Positions 1 through 33,400 of a stretch of DNA of 64,000 nt are shown here, one piece after another. The first letter of the stretch is position 1; each line of letters starts with the position of its first letter. Source of the stretch: Ylistrum balloti (Eukaryota); the NCBI RefSeq assembly GCF_031769215.1, contig NW_026782241.1:930001-994000 (forward strand), given 5' to 3'. The notes under the pieces were generated by a model. It ran no database searches and was not told the DNA's origin. It was given only the letters and a program-made list of their open reading frames with translations. A program made the position numbers and the translations under genes.

Positions 1-1
1 T

Positions 2-20258
<20,257 letters not shown>

Positions 20259-23200
20259 CCTGCGTTTAATGTGATGTAACAGACAGTTGAAATTCCTTGG
20301 TAAAATCATCGGAACTGCAAAGCATTAGTAGATATATACAGCTGTGTGTGGTCCAGAGCACTGTTTTAATTCTACAACCATATGTATATAATCATCTCAT
20401 TCATTCATTTTCATTTGCTTTTTAATGCTGTGAAGCTTAATGTATAAAAACAAGAAAAAATTGGTTTGGTAGCATACATCTTCTTGTGGCAAGGTTTTAA
20501 AAATGGCAACCCTGTAATTCATGTTAAACGGTATTTCAATACAAATTATGAATCCAGTTGTAAATGACGAAATTAGTCAGATGTTTTATAATGATTAGTG
20601 ATGTACTCAGGTGTCAGACTTTGGTGTTGTAGATAGTGGGATAATAAAGGGATTAATTTAATATCTCTTCAACACACGGAAGTAATATTTTAATGTTGAT
20701 CCTGTCACTGTCTTAATTTTGTCGGGGTCAAATCCTGAATATGTAGTGCAGCTTGATCTGCTGTTTTTAATATGAATTCTAAAGTTCTGTCAACTTAAGG
20801 AGTAGATTTCACTTTAATTGTAGAAACAAAAATAGTTATGACCGGAGAAAAAGTTGGAGATTGATCTTTGAATTGATTTTTAACTTCATGAAACTGCTTT
20901 TGTTTATACAGTAGTCATTGATTCTAACTTTCATCCACAACTGGTGCACAGTATAAATTTAATATATTATATACACAAAGTTATTGGATTCAGCCAAAAG
21001 AAAGAAACTTTATGCATATACAACAATGTCAACCGCTTAATGGGAGATAACTCACTTTCACTAGGAAAAAGTTATGAACTTTTCAAAGAATCTTCAAAGG
21101 AAAAAAAATCTTATGGGGAAAAGTAGATGGACTGACTGAATTTTGTTAATTTGAATGCAAAGCTGGTGGGGTCTATCATATGTTTGTACTTACTTGAAAC
21201 TACTGGGTAGTTTTTAAAGCTGATGCTGGATTTATTCAATGTTAAACAGAGAGGACTTCGGTAACGTGAATGTTGTGATTAAACAGACTTGTACATAGGT
21301 ATTGTTAGGTGTTATATATTCAGGTAGCTTTATGAACTCCCCAAGAATGTAATACTGATTCTTGTTTTAAATCTTGGTCTGTTGAGCAGTCCTGAACTTG
21401 TGGGAAGATTGTCATCACTGACGAGCTCCATCGTTTATTTGACCTTTGTGTTATGTGTATTGTTCACAACACTTGATTTTGGTGTTGTCTCAATTATGTA
21501 AATCAGGTCATTAAATATATTTATTTTGTCGTTTCATATGTATTTCATTGAAAAATACATTTCAGTTCTCAAAAATTGATGCAAAAAAGACAATAACTAG
21601 CAGGCAGTATTGTCGAGACCATTTGAATATTATTGTGACAGATAAAAAACGATTTTGGGATGATAACCAAAATCTCGAAAACTTGCCATCAATGTTTTGC
21701 TTATTAAGCATAATTAATTTTGAAAAAAAAAAGTGATATGAAGCTCCATGAACTTACCTTAATTTATTGTAAATGATCAGTTTGCAGAAGCATGGTCAAA
21801 CTGGTTTAACATGTCTGATGGAATTATTTACATCGTTTGTAAAGGCTGGCAGCAGGGCTTTTAAAATTATGCATTTCTGGGTTTGTCAACATCATATCTT
21901 TATAAAAAAAATTAATACAGGTTCTTGCATAATATATAAATTAAATGAGGCCCGTTGCTTTAGTTTTGAAGATATTGATGTGATGTGGAGTCAGAGAAAC
22001 ATGGTTTTTAAAGGTTATGCTAATGCCAGGTTTGTTTTGAATGTTTATTATTCTTGTTGCTGCCATTAAAAAAAAAAGTAGACTTGGTAGCCAAGGAAAC
22101 TTTATCCCTGGCAACCAGAAATTGATACGTTACCATGAGTACAATGTTCTTAGTCTCGTTACCATGGTCACCGTACTAATAAAGAAGAGAAATATTACTT
22201 ATTGTTTTTTTGTTATTTAAGTAATCCAACCTGCTTTTATAGCCACCTATATATTATAAATTCCTGCCTATAGAGGTCACCATTTGTTTCAAATCGCTTC
22301 CTATGAAGGTCACCTGTATACAAATACCTGTCTAAAGGCCACATGTATGTCACAAATACCTGTCTACAAAGGCCAATTGTATGTCAAAAATGCTTTTCAA
22401 GAAAGGCCAGCAAGCATAGGTATTCAATATATTGAAACTTTGATTGAATTGCTATTTTAAGATGACTCCCAATAGGGATCACTTCTCTGATAAGATGTGT
22501 GACTAGTTTTTTCCATTCAAAGCAAGTATGAATTAAATAAGTATTTACTAGTGATTTAGGGAATGCTTCCTTTACAAAGTTTATCAAATAAATCACATTC
22601 CTGACTCATTTGTATTAGCACATTTACCCGTAATGTATATAGTAATCACTTTGTGCAGATGTGATATCATATGTAGAAGATCTCTCATATCGCCTCAACA
22701 AAGTCTTCACCTGACAAGATTCTGGTAATTACAGGTCAAGGTTAAAAGGTCAAAAGTTACCATTGACCACTTAGAAAATTAAAAAGATTGTGAGGATCAT
22801 AGCTCATGAACAACTGAACATTTAATATTCACAACATTGCATTATTCCACTCGGGTCTACACCAGACTAGATTTTGGTGGTCGTGAAATATCTTATTCAT
22901 AATGTTATCAGATGGGTACACATGGTATATACCTTCATTACCTTAGTTAAGTGCATATAAAAAAATTGTGAAGACACATCACTTGGCAACAAATTTATTC
23001 AATAATGGAAACATAACAATTAAAAAAACCTGGTACTGTTTTACAGAATTTCTGATATATTCAGAGAAATCTTAAAGGAAAGTCACTCAAAGATAACCAA
23101 ACAAGTAAAATATTGTTTTTGGCATTTGTTAGTCATGTTTTAATGTATCCTGGTCAATTTTTTTTCTATTGGAAGTCATGTATTGCTTGCTAACATTTAT

Positions 23201-24069
23201 TCTCAGCTTATTGTATTATATAACTTGATACCTACGATCAGAACCTTAGGTACTTAACCGTTACTGTACATTCTGCTATACATTTCTTGAAAGAGACGTA
23301 GTTATGCCCCCTTTGAAATTCAGTAATATTAATTCTAATGTTATAAAACCTTGGTATCAGTACATGCTTGGTTTATTAGTTATATTTGTATGCTGCGCCT
23401 GTCCTGAATGAAAGTGTATATCTAGTTGACAATGTTAGGGATTTTGGTTGAAACGTAGGACAAGTAAGTGTGTTAATACCTTTGATGCTTGTTTACTGGG
23501 CTTATAGCCCCATGAACTGCAAGAGTAACTTTGAGTCTGCTTTCACTCTTGGCTACCACATTGAACATAATAATGGAGGACCATTGCATCCCATGTGGAG
23601 CAAACAGTAAAGTGTTTTGCTAAAAGACACAACCACGTCAGTACAGACCAGTTCCTTTCTCAGCTTTGTATGAAACGCAAACCATCATGGGTAGGTAGTG
23701 TCAAACCATGCAACTCAGATGTTCCCCTGAGGTAATATAGGCCACACTATTTATAAAAAATCATTGATTCAGTCACATCAGGTGTTCAAACTTCATTCCT
23801 TAAGAAAATTTAGCTGAAGTATGCAGGCCTTAGACAGTTTCTAGGTAAGATATCTGACCCAAAGTCCAATGATATGAAATTACCTTTTGACATGAAGAAC
23901 CTCTCAAATTTAAAATGAAGCTTGGCATTTACTTGAAATTTGCATAAAAAGATGGACCAGGCCAATTTTTGTTTCTTTGGCAATGGTTTACCAATTTTTA
24001 TGTTGGTAGGTTACTGTGGTACAATAACAGGTTTAAGGTACAATAACAGGTTAATTAGTTTTTCCATTA

Positions 24070-24457
24070 CTATGACTGCTGAGGTTCACTGAGTATAGCA
24101 ACTTCGTCTGTAAAGACCACTTCCTGATTGTCCTGAACCACGATAGCCTTTTCTCCTACAATGGGAACACCTTGTTCATGATCAACAGTGTGTTTTTCTG
24201 CTTTGATCAGTGAGTCAAATGTTTCCCCACATATACCACACATGAAGATTGTGTCAGAGTCTGTTGCCTGGATCACATCAACTGTCATCTCCATGTCAAC
24301 AGTCTCACTAATCTCAGGTTCTGGAGGTGTAGGAGGGGTGGTGCACTGCTCCATGTGACGTCGTAGTGATGACGATGCTGTGAAGCTCCTGCCACAATGT
24401 GAACACTTGTGCTTACTAATCCCTGTATGCATGGTCATGTGGTCAGTCAATTTACTC
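24070..24457 (-). CDS. ZF gene last exon: 2.5 fingers, TAG stop
   Basis: tttgcag acceptor; R|SKLTDHMTMH completes the upstream finger. Confidence 0.92.
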
Positions 24458-27400
24458 CTGCAAACACAATCACAAATATAGATATCTAACAAAGGATGAA
24501 AACATTGTACCTTTAGTGGAGACTCAAGTGAAGAGAAGATTAGTATAAAGAAAGTTTATGAAGAGGGGACCTAAAATAATTATATGCAAGGACTTCCTTA
24601 GTTACAACGTTTAGGAACAATTCATTTACTTTAAAGGACACCTTATTTATACATGTAGAGGAAACATTAGTGTATCTAATAAGAGATCCATAATTTACTT
24701 TTAGGGGAAACATTAGTGTACCTGAAGGGAGAACAATAGTTTATCTATAGAGGAAACATTAGTGTACCAGAAGGGAGAACAACAGTTTATCTATAGGGTA
24801 AACATTAGTGTACCTGAAGGGAGGACTACAGTTTATCTATAGAGGAAACATTAGTGTACCTGAAGGGAGAACAATAGTTTATCTATAGAGGAAACATTAG
24901 TGTACCTGAAGGGAGAACAATAGTTTATCTATAGAGGAAACATTAGTGTACCTGAAGGGAGAACAACAGTTTATCTATAGAGGAAACATTAGTGTACCTG
25001 AAGGGAGAACAACAGTTTATCTATAGAGGAAACATTAGTGTACCTGAAGGGAGAACTATAGTTTATCTATAGAGGAAACATTAGTGTACCTGAAGGGAGA
25101 ACTATAGTTTATCTATAGGGGAAACATTAGTGTACCTGAAGGGAGAACAACAGTTTATCTATAGAGGAAACATTAGTGTACCTGAAGGGAGAACTATAGT
25201 TTATCTATAGAGGAAACATTAGTGTACCTGAAGGGAGAACTATAGTTTATCTATAGAGGAAACATTAGTGTACCTGAAGGGAGAACTATAGTTTATCTAT
25301 AGAGAAAACATTAGTGTACCTGATGGGAGAACAACAGTTTATCTATAGAGGTAACATTAGTGTATCTGAAGGGAGAAGTATTGTTTATCTAAATGGGAAA
25401 CATTAGTGTACCTGAAGGGAGAACTATAGTTTATCTATAGAGGAAACATTAGTGTACCTGAAGGGAGAACTATAGTTTATCTATAGAGAAAACATTAGTG
25501 TACCTGAAGGGAGAAGTATAGTTTATCTATAGAGGAAACATTAGTGTACCTGAAGGGAGAACTATAGTTTATCTATAGGGTAAACATCAGTGTACCTGAA
25601 GGGAGAACAATAGTTTATCTATAGAGGAAACATTAGTGTACCTGAAGGGAGAACTATAGTTTATCTATAGGGTAAACATTAGTGTACCTGAAGGGAGAAC
25701 TATAGTTTATCTATAGGGTAAACATTAGTGTACCTGAAGGGAGAACTATTGTTTATCTATAGGGTAAACATTAGTGTACCTGAAGGGAGAACTATTGTTT
25801 ATCTATAGGGTAAACATTAGTGTACCTGAAGGGAGAACTATAGTTTATCTATAGAGGAAACATAAGTGTACCTGAATGAGAACTATTGTTTATCTATAGG
25901 GTAAACATTAGTGTACCTAAAGGGAGAACTATAGTTTATCTATAGAGGAAACATAAGTGTACCTGAAGGGAGAACTATAGTTTATCTATAGGGGAAACAT
26001 TAGTGTCCCTGAAGGGAGAACTATAGTTTATCTATAGGGGAAACATTAGTGTCTCTGAAGGGAGAACTATAGTTTATCTATAGGTGAAACATTAGTGTCC
26101 CTGAAGGGAGAACTATAGTTTATCTATAGGGGAAACATTAGTGTCTCTGAAGGGAGAACTATAGTTTATCTATAGGTGAAACATTAGTGTCCCTGAAGGG
26201 AGAACTATAGTTTATCTATAGGGTAAACATTAGTGTACCTGAAGGGAGAACTATAGTTTATCTATAGAGAAAACATTAGTGTACCTGAAGGGAGAACTAT
26301 AGTTTATCTATAGAGGTAACATTAGTGTACCTGAAGGGAGAACTATAGTTTATCTATAGAGAAAACATTAGTGTCCCTGAAGGGAGAACCATAGTTTATC
26401 TATAGGGGAAACATTAGTGTACCTGAAGAAAGAACTTTAGTTTATCTATAGGGGAAACATCAGTGTACCTGAAGGGGGAGAACTATAGTTTATCTATAGG
26501 GGAAATATTAGTGTACCTGAAGGGAGAACCATAGTTTATCTAGAGGGGATAAATAAGTGCAACTGAAGGGGCAACATTAGTTCACCTATAGAGAAACATG
26601 AGTTTACCTAGATGGGAAACATCACTGTACCTGAAGGAGCAACCAAGAGAATGCTATCATCGTCCATTATACAACATGACCCTCTCTTGAACAATGGGCA
26701 TTGATGGTTCATTCCAAATTATGGTGAGTTCCTTCACTGATTAATTACCTATTCTTTTAACAACACATACTCTATTATCACATCTGTTCTCATATGGTGG
26801 AGACATATACACCAACTTCCCATACATAAGCAATATTATGAGGTAGACAGAAAAATCTCTGTAAATGCTTCAGGACAAATGTTCTTTTGACGAAAAAAAA
26901 TACACTGAACCTCATTATCTTGAACTTAAAGGGAACTGAAGGAAAACTTTGTGATAGCAGAGTATTCAAATGAAGTGAGTTTGAATGTTTTGTGTCAAGT
27001 TAGGCATGGACCAACGAAATGCTTCAAATCAAACAGGGTCTTTGGTTATATGACTTGGATGTAACAAGGTTTGACTGCATATCTGATTTTACCTGAAGGA
27101 AAAACTTCGATCACATTGTCCACATTTGTAGGGTTTTTCCTTTATATGTGTCATCATATGCCGCTTTAGGCCAATACGATGAGCAAAGGAATTGTTGCAC
27201 AGCATACAAGTATATGGACGATTACCTGAAAACAGAATATTCATATTAAATTTTATCAATATAGAAGCAAACTTGAATTCAAAAGTACACAAGCTACAAT
27301 TAACAAACCAATGATATAAATAAATGAGAATTCAACAGCTAGACTTCCATAGTTCCAAACTGTTGACAAATGCTTTTGATAATCATCTGTGCTATTTATT

Positions 27401-30400
27401 CCATTTCTGCTACAAATTCTCCGGAACGAATCACAATACCAACACCCCATACATTACATGGTATGAATTTCATCACATGACATCCAAGGTAGAGTCAAAG
27501 CTGTTACATAATGTTCGTTGGTACCTTAAATACTTTGCCTGGATAAATACCACCCAGTACGCAGAGTCAATGATGAATAGGGACAAACTAGAGTCAATCC
27601 CAACAAACTCAAAATGAGTTGGTATTTCTCTGTTGGTATCGAAGACTGGGTTTCAGTTTGACAACCATATAACAATAATTTCCCTCTGAGGTACCAAAAT
27701 TCTGGGCACCTTTACATTGTTATTTCTGAACTTATCATATATGAAAAATAATCACTATTAGATGACTAGAATTCTTGATCTTTTTCAATTTTACATCTGG
27801 CCAAAATAGGAGAAATTCTAATTTATGATGCTTCAGTGTGACCTTGACTTCTAACCCCCATATCAACAAAGATCTTGTCATATAGCATGTCATTTAACTT
27901 GTGTTATTTTGTGTGAAGTTCAATCATGTTCACTAGTGTGAATGATAAAGAATGAAAACCCAAGTGTTTACAACAATGTTAATTTTGAAACAACTAATGG
28001 TATTAAATGTTCTTTCATTTGATACAGGACCAAACCTGTCACTTATTTTCAGGTGATAGATTAGGGTGGTCCGGTGGCTTAGTGGTAAGGCACTCGTCCT
28101 TCATGTAGATATTTGTGGTTTGATTTCCCAATTGGGCGTGAAAGGTACGGGTGTCATCAGCTTGACAACTTGGGTTTCCCTGGGTACTCCTGTTTCCTTC
28201 TACAAGAAGAACACTCTCATACTTCCACATTTAAAGAACAAAAATAGTAACAAAAGAAAAGGGACTTACCTGTATGTGTATTGAGGTGGTCTGTCCAACT
28301 GGCCCGGTTATAGAACTGATTACCACACATACTACATTTGTATGGCAAACGACGATCTTTTCGTTCTTTGTGTGACTCCATGTGTAACTTCATCTTGAAA
28401 CGTTCCATAAACTGCCACCCACAAACAGAACATGTATAGTTACGGATGTTTGCATGTCGCTTCAGGTGTGTCTGAAGATATCGACGTTCGCTGAAAACTT
28501 TGTTGCACAATTTACACTTGTGTTCACTGTGACGTAAGGCAATGTGTTCCTGAAGGGAACGTCTACTCCAGAACTGTTTGGAACACTTGTCACACAGGAA
28601 AGAGTCTGGTTCCATCATGGAAATTGGAGCTAAATTATCCATGTCGACAGAGTTGCTAGTGTCTATGGTAGCTTCAGGATCAGAATCGTCAACAGTCATA
28701 ACACCAGCTTCTACACCATCTACAGGATTAGACAAGAAAAAAAATATCATAAAAGTTCATTAAAAAAGTGGAAATAAAATATTTAAATGAATTCTGGTGT
28801 AAATTTGAAATCTTAAAAATAAATATCTCATTTCTTACTTTGTTTCAGCTGATCTTCGATATCACACTCCAAAGAAGCTGTAACCGTAACACACTCCACA
28901 GGGGAGCTAACTGTGACATGTTCCACAGGGGAGGTAACTGCAACACATTCCAAAGGGGTAGTCACAGTAAAACATTCTTGGGAAGATGACAATGTCCTTT
29001 CCTTTTTAGCCTCCACTTGTAAATTCTGAAATCAAAACCAACACCCTTTTAATGATGAACTTTTGATCATATCATATACATGTTCATTTGAAGATTTCCC
29101 AGTATGTTTGGTCTTTATGTGTGCTTTACAATTTGCAGAGATGTATCTAACACTTTGTACTAGATAATGTATGTATATGATTCAAAGATCGCTTCAACAT
29201 TTTTCTGAAAATATAAGCCTTGTGGTTGTATATATTGATCTCATCTATTCCTACAATACTTGTCAAATTTCTGTAATTTCCACGGCAAACACTAAAACAG
29301 TTCAGACATTTACATTGTCAGTGCATTTATAAACCTTCTGAACAAAATATACGTTCAACCCAATAATTCTTCAAACTGGTCTCACAGGTGAGCTAATACT
29401 ATGTCAAATTAAGAAGATTTGCTGGTAAACAATGTCTAAAATTTCTGTCAACATCGGTCATCCCAACTGTCATCAACTGAATAGGAAGGATTTGTAGGTA
29501 TGATCAGATATTTTTTTAAAAGACACTTTTAAATGAAAAATTATCATCAGATATATACTCACTTCCAAGACTTCAATATAACAGAGAAGTGATGGAAGTA
29601 ATCCAGTCAAAAGTTTGGTTTTCTTCGTCAAAGTTTTTGTTAAAATAACACTTTTTTTCAAATGTTACATAAACATTTTGAATAAATACTTGCACTCACC
29701 TCTATCATTGAGTAAGCTCGGTTGAGAGCTTTCCAGGAACCATGGACAACAATTTTCTGTTTGTCCAGCATAATGACTGTAACACCGGTTACTTTGGCAA
29801 CTTCTGTGTAATCGGTTTCGCTCAAATCTGGACAGAATTTGACCAACCCAGACACCAAACCAAGAACCTGAAATAAGCCAAGCTTTGACATTAAGGTGAC
29901 CTTCCAAGTAATCTATGCTAATAATTTGAAGATCAAAAGTCAATTTCTGTAAGAAAAAGATTGATTTGAGCAAATACATTCGATTTCAATTGAGTTTATT
30001 CCTTTATGAGATTAATATCAAACTGATATTTTGAATTATCAAACATAAGCATGTATGGTTTTATCATTATGAATTATGATTTTATTTCTATTATGGTAAC
30101 TTCCTAACATTTTCAACTTTGAATAATAGATATTCCACCAAAATATATACTTCAATTTGTCCAGTGATCTCCCCCAGTTACCATCAATATCATCAGTACA
30201 GAGTACTGCCTCTTGTTTTTCTCATGATTTTAATGTAGTCCAGATACCTCTGTCAGTGTTTCACTGACCTCATACAAGCTTGATAGGTTTAAAGAACAAG
30301 ACAAATTTTGTATTTGTTAACAAAATTTTGATTAAAAAACTGTTTGAAGAGTTATTGCCCTTGTTGTTTTTTATCATCCTTCAGTTTTTTCCCCCCACTA

Positions 30401-33400
30401 ATTTCTTTGAAAAGAGATAGGCTTTGTTACCATGACCTGAAATTCTACTTTCTGGAATAGTAATCTGATTCAAGTTTTTTTGAAAGCATTATTGCCCTTT
30501 GTTTTTTCAGCTCTTCTATCTTGTCTGCTGATTACCACCTTTAATTATCAACCAATTTTTATTGAACCTGGTAGGTTGTAATAACACATGTAGAGTTATA
30601 TATGTCTTCACTTTACTAATTACCATAGAGGACTTTGAAAATTTTCACTGAGTAAAACCTTTCTCTTACTCTTGTAACAATTCTTCTCCAATATATCCTT
30701 GAAAAACAAACCTCAGATCACTCCACGAAACTAAGAAAATGACTAAAACACAAGTATTTGTTCATACTTACAGGATCATCTGTGACTTCCTTGTCAATGT
30801 CTTCCTTTGAGAAATGGGATTTGATGCTAACATGTTTGTCTGACAACTGTGCCATTTTGTTTTTTTCCTCACTGAAGTGATTTGGAATACCAGGTGTTGC
30901 ATTTACATGGCCTATTGTTGTTATTCCACTGGAAACATTACCAGGAAGTCCTTTACTAACCGTGTGACCATTGGTGACTGAAGGAATGGCCTTACTGACC
31001 GTGTGACCATTGGTGACTGAAGGAATGGCTGTACTGACTGTGTGACCATTGGTGACTGAAGGAATGGCTGTACTGACCGTGTGACCATTGGTGACTGAAG
31101 GAATGGCTGTATTGACCGTGTGACCATTGGTGAGTGAAGGAATGGCTGCACTGACTGTGTGACCACTTGTGACTGAAGGAATGGCTGCACTGACTGTGTG
31201 ACCACTGGTGACTGTAGGAAAGACTGTTTTGGTAGTGTGACCACTGGCTACTGTTGGAATGGTTGTACTGACTGTGCTACCACTGGTGACCAATGGTTTA
31301 CTAGTGAGGACTGACTGAACACTGCTGCTCATCTGTGTCCTGCCCAACTGTGTTGTTGACAAGAGTGATATTCCTGACTTGATATTGATCTTCTCTTTTC
31401 CTATATGAGAATTTGAAGACTTTAAAACTGGCTGACTTGAATGTTTGAAATAGTCATCTTGTAGAAGCAGATCTGTGATATCATTTCCATGCTCGACCAC
31501 AATGAAAGTCTCATTTTCTGCTACTGCAGCGTTCATTAATTGCTGATTTTTATTGACAGGACAAAGAGTTGTAGACGACTGCCTTATTCCTGAATCATTG
31601 ACAGTGTTCTCTGAACTTTGACCTTCATCTGTACTTAAACAATGCTTCAGGACCTGTTCTAACAGTATGTCAGACTTAACCTCCGTTACAGGATAATCTG
31701 TTTTTATGTTTTCATTTCCAGTCAATGTAAAACCATTATCTAAGCTCTTTTGTTCCTTTTGAAATTCTGCAATATAATTTTTCACATGTTTTTGAACTGA
31801 TGTAGCTTTCTTCATGGTATCATTGTCAACATTAACTGGAGACTCTTGTAATTTGTCTACTTGAGATTGACATTCTAGCAGGGACACTGGGAACAACTCT
31901 ACATTTTGTACCGAAAGTCCATCACTACCAAGTGTACAGGTGTTGCTATGTGTTTGTAAATGCCGTTCTAGTTCAGCTTTGAGCATGAAAACTTGTGGAC
32001 ATTTTCCACAGTTGTATAACTTTGGTTTTATGTGAGTAACCTGATGTCTCCTCAGCCCGCCCAAGGTTTTGTAGCCACTTCCACAGTTATCACATCTAAA
32101 CAGCTTTCCTACACAAAAAAGAATAATTGTCAAGGATAAAGTTAAAACATAACACATTTCTAGTATGGATCTTATGCGTAAAGTACACCTGAAATCCAAC
32201 AACACTTTCTTCTTTAAAATCCTATACCATCAGAAAATAGAGAATAGTAATCAATGACCTTTAATGAAAGTGACATTTGTAAAATTTTATTTCATTCTTC
32301 TTTAAGCTTTTCACCATTGCTTCTTTGATCTTCAATTAAACACAACATTTAGTGCAGAAATCCCGACAGAAATACAATGTATAAGCTAGGAATGCACCGA
32401 GCATGAGTTCATAAAATAGTTTTGAAAATCATAAATATTAACATGGCAGTGGCACCATATATTTTGCATTTTTATCAAACTTTTGACAACCTTTGAAATG
32501 TAAGCATTGAAGAGTTATAGTTTAGGTATTTCAAACATTTTTTGGTGATTTATCAACTTTTTTTTTCATATTGGCCGCAAGTCAATGTATGTCAGAACTC
32601 CAGCCCTGTATACAGTGAGGGAAATAAGTGACCGACACCTCGGTTGGCATTCAAATAAAATAAATTCAGATAATTGTTAGCAGAAATTTTCACATGCATA
32701 TTGCACATGGATTGAATGGTCAACATTTTCAAACAGGGCATATGATAATGCCAACATATTGTTAAAAATTTCCCCAACTTATTCTGTTTTAGTTTACATT
32801 TATGTTAGCCATGACTCCTCTAGTCACATGCCTATAGTCTCGCCACTTTGTGCGCTTGTACAAACCTTCAGACAATATTGTAAACAAAAAGTTTTTTTTT
32901 CTCCTTCTTCCACTTCACTTCTGTGTCATTTGTATAAAAGATGGAGCCATATATCAAGATGATAACAGAATTAATTGATTTAACATTAAAAAACGCTGAA
33001 TGTTATCTAAAAATATCTATTTTCATAAGTAAAATTAAGCTGAAAGCGTGTGTTTATATTTGTTTGGGTTATTTTGTAATAATATACTTCTAATTTTTGG
33101 GAAATACCTTGGGTATCGTGGGATCTCAATAAGTCAAATGGTTGAGTTTCTGCTCAAATTTCCATCACAATATGGGTAGAAAAAGAAAAAAATATTAAAG
33201 TGTATGTTTGCACTGAAATTTAAAATATGACAGCAGTATCGGCTTGTCTATAGATCAGACCTTTCAATCCATGTGTAATATACATGTTAAAATGACAATT
33301 TCTTTCCACAATTATTGTTTGAATACCTACCCAGCCATTGGTCGCTTAATTCCCCTCACTTTGTAGAGGGCCAGAGTTCTGATGTTCATTGTCTCCAGGC

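Noticed and set aside
24655-26635. CRISPR-like regular array (also considered for the 33-, 40- and 66-bp arrays)
   Set aside because: Head-to-tail units with no unique spacers, inside spliceosomal introns, and no cas genes.
29540-29620. Possible 60-nt ZF mini-exon ending GAA|GTGAGT
   Set aside because: No convincing acceptor or pyrimidine tract and a very short upstream intron; not needed for frame.
32760-32920. Candidate extra ZF exon (EVKWKKEKKNF... or ...FCLQYCLKVC)
   Set aside because: Lies inside the inverted-repeat element; flanking exons already join in phase without it.
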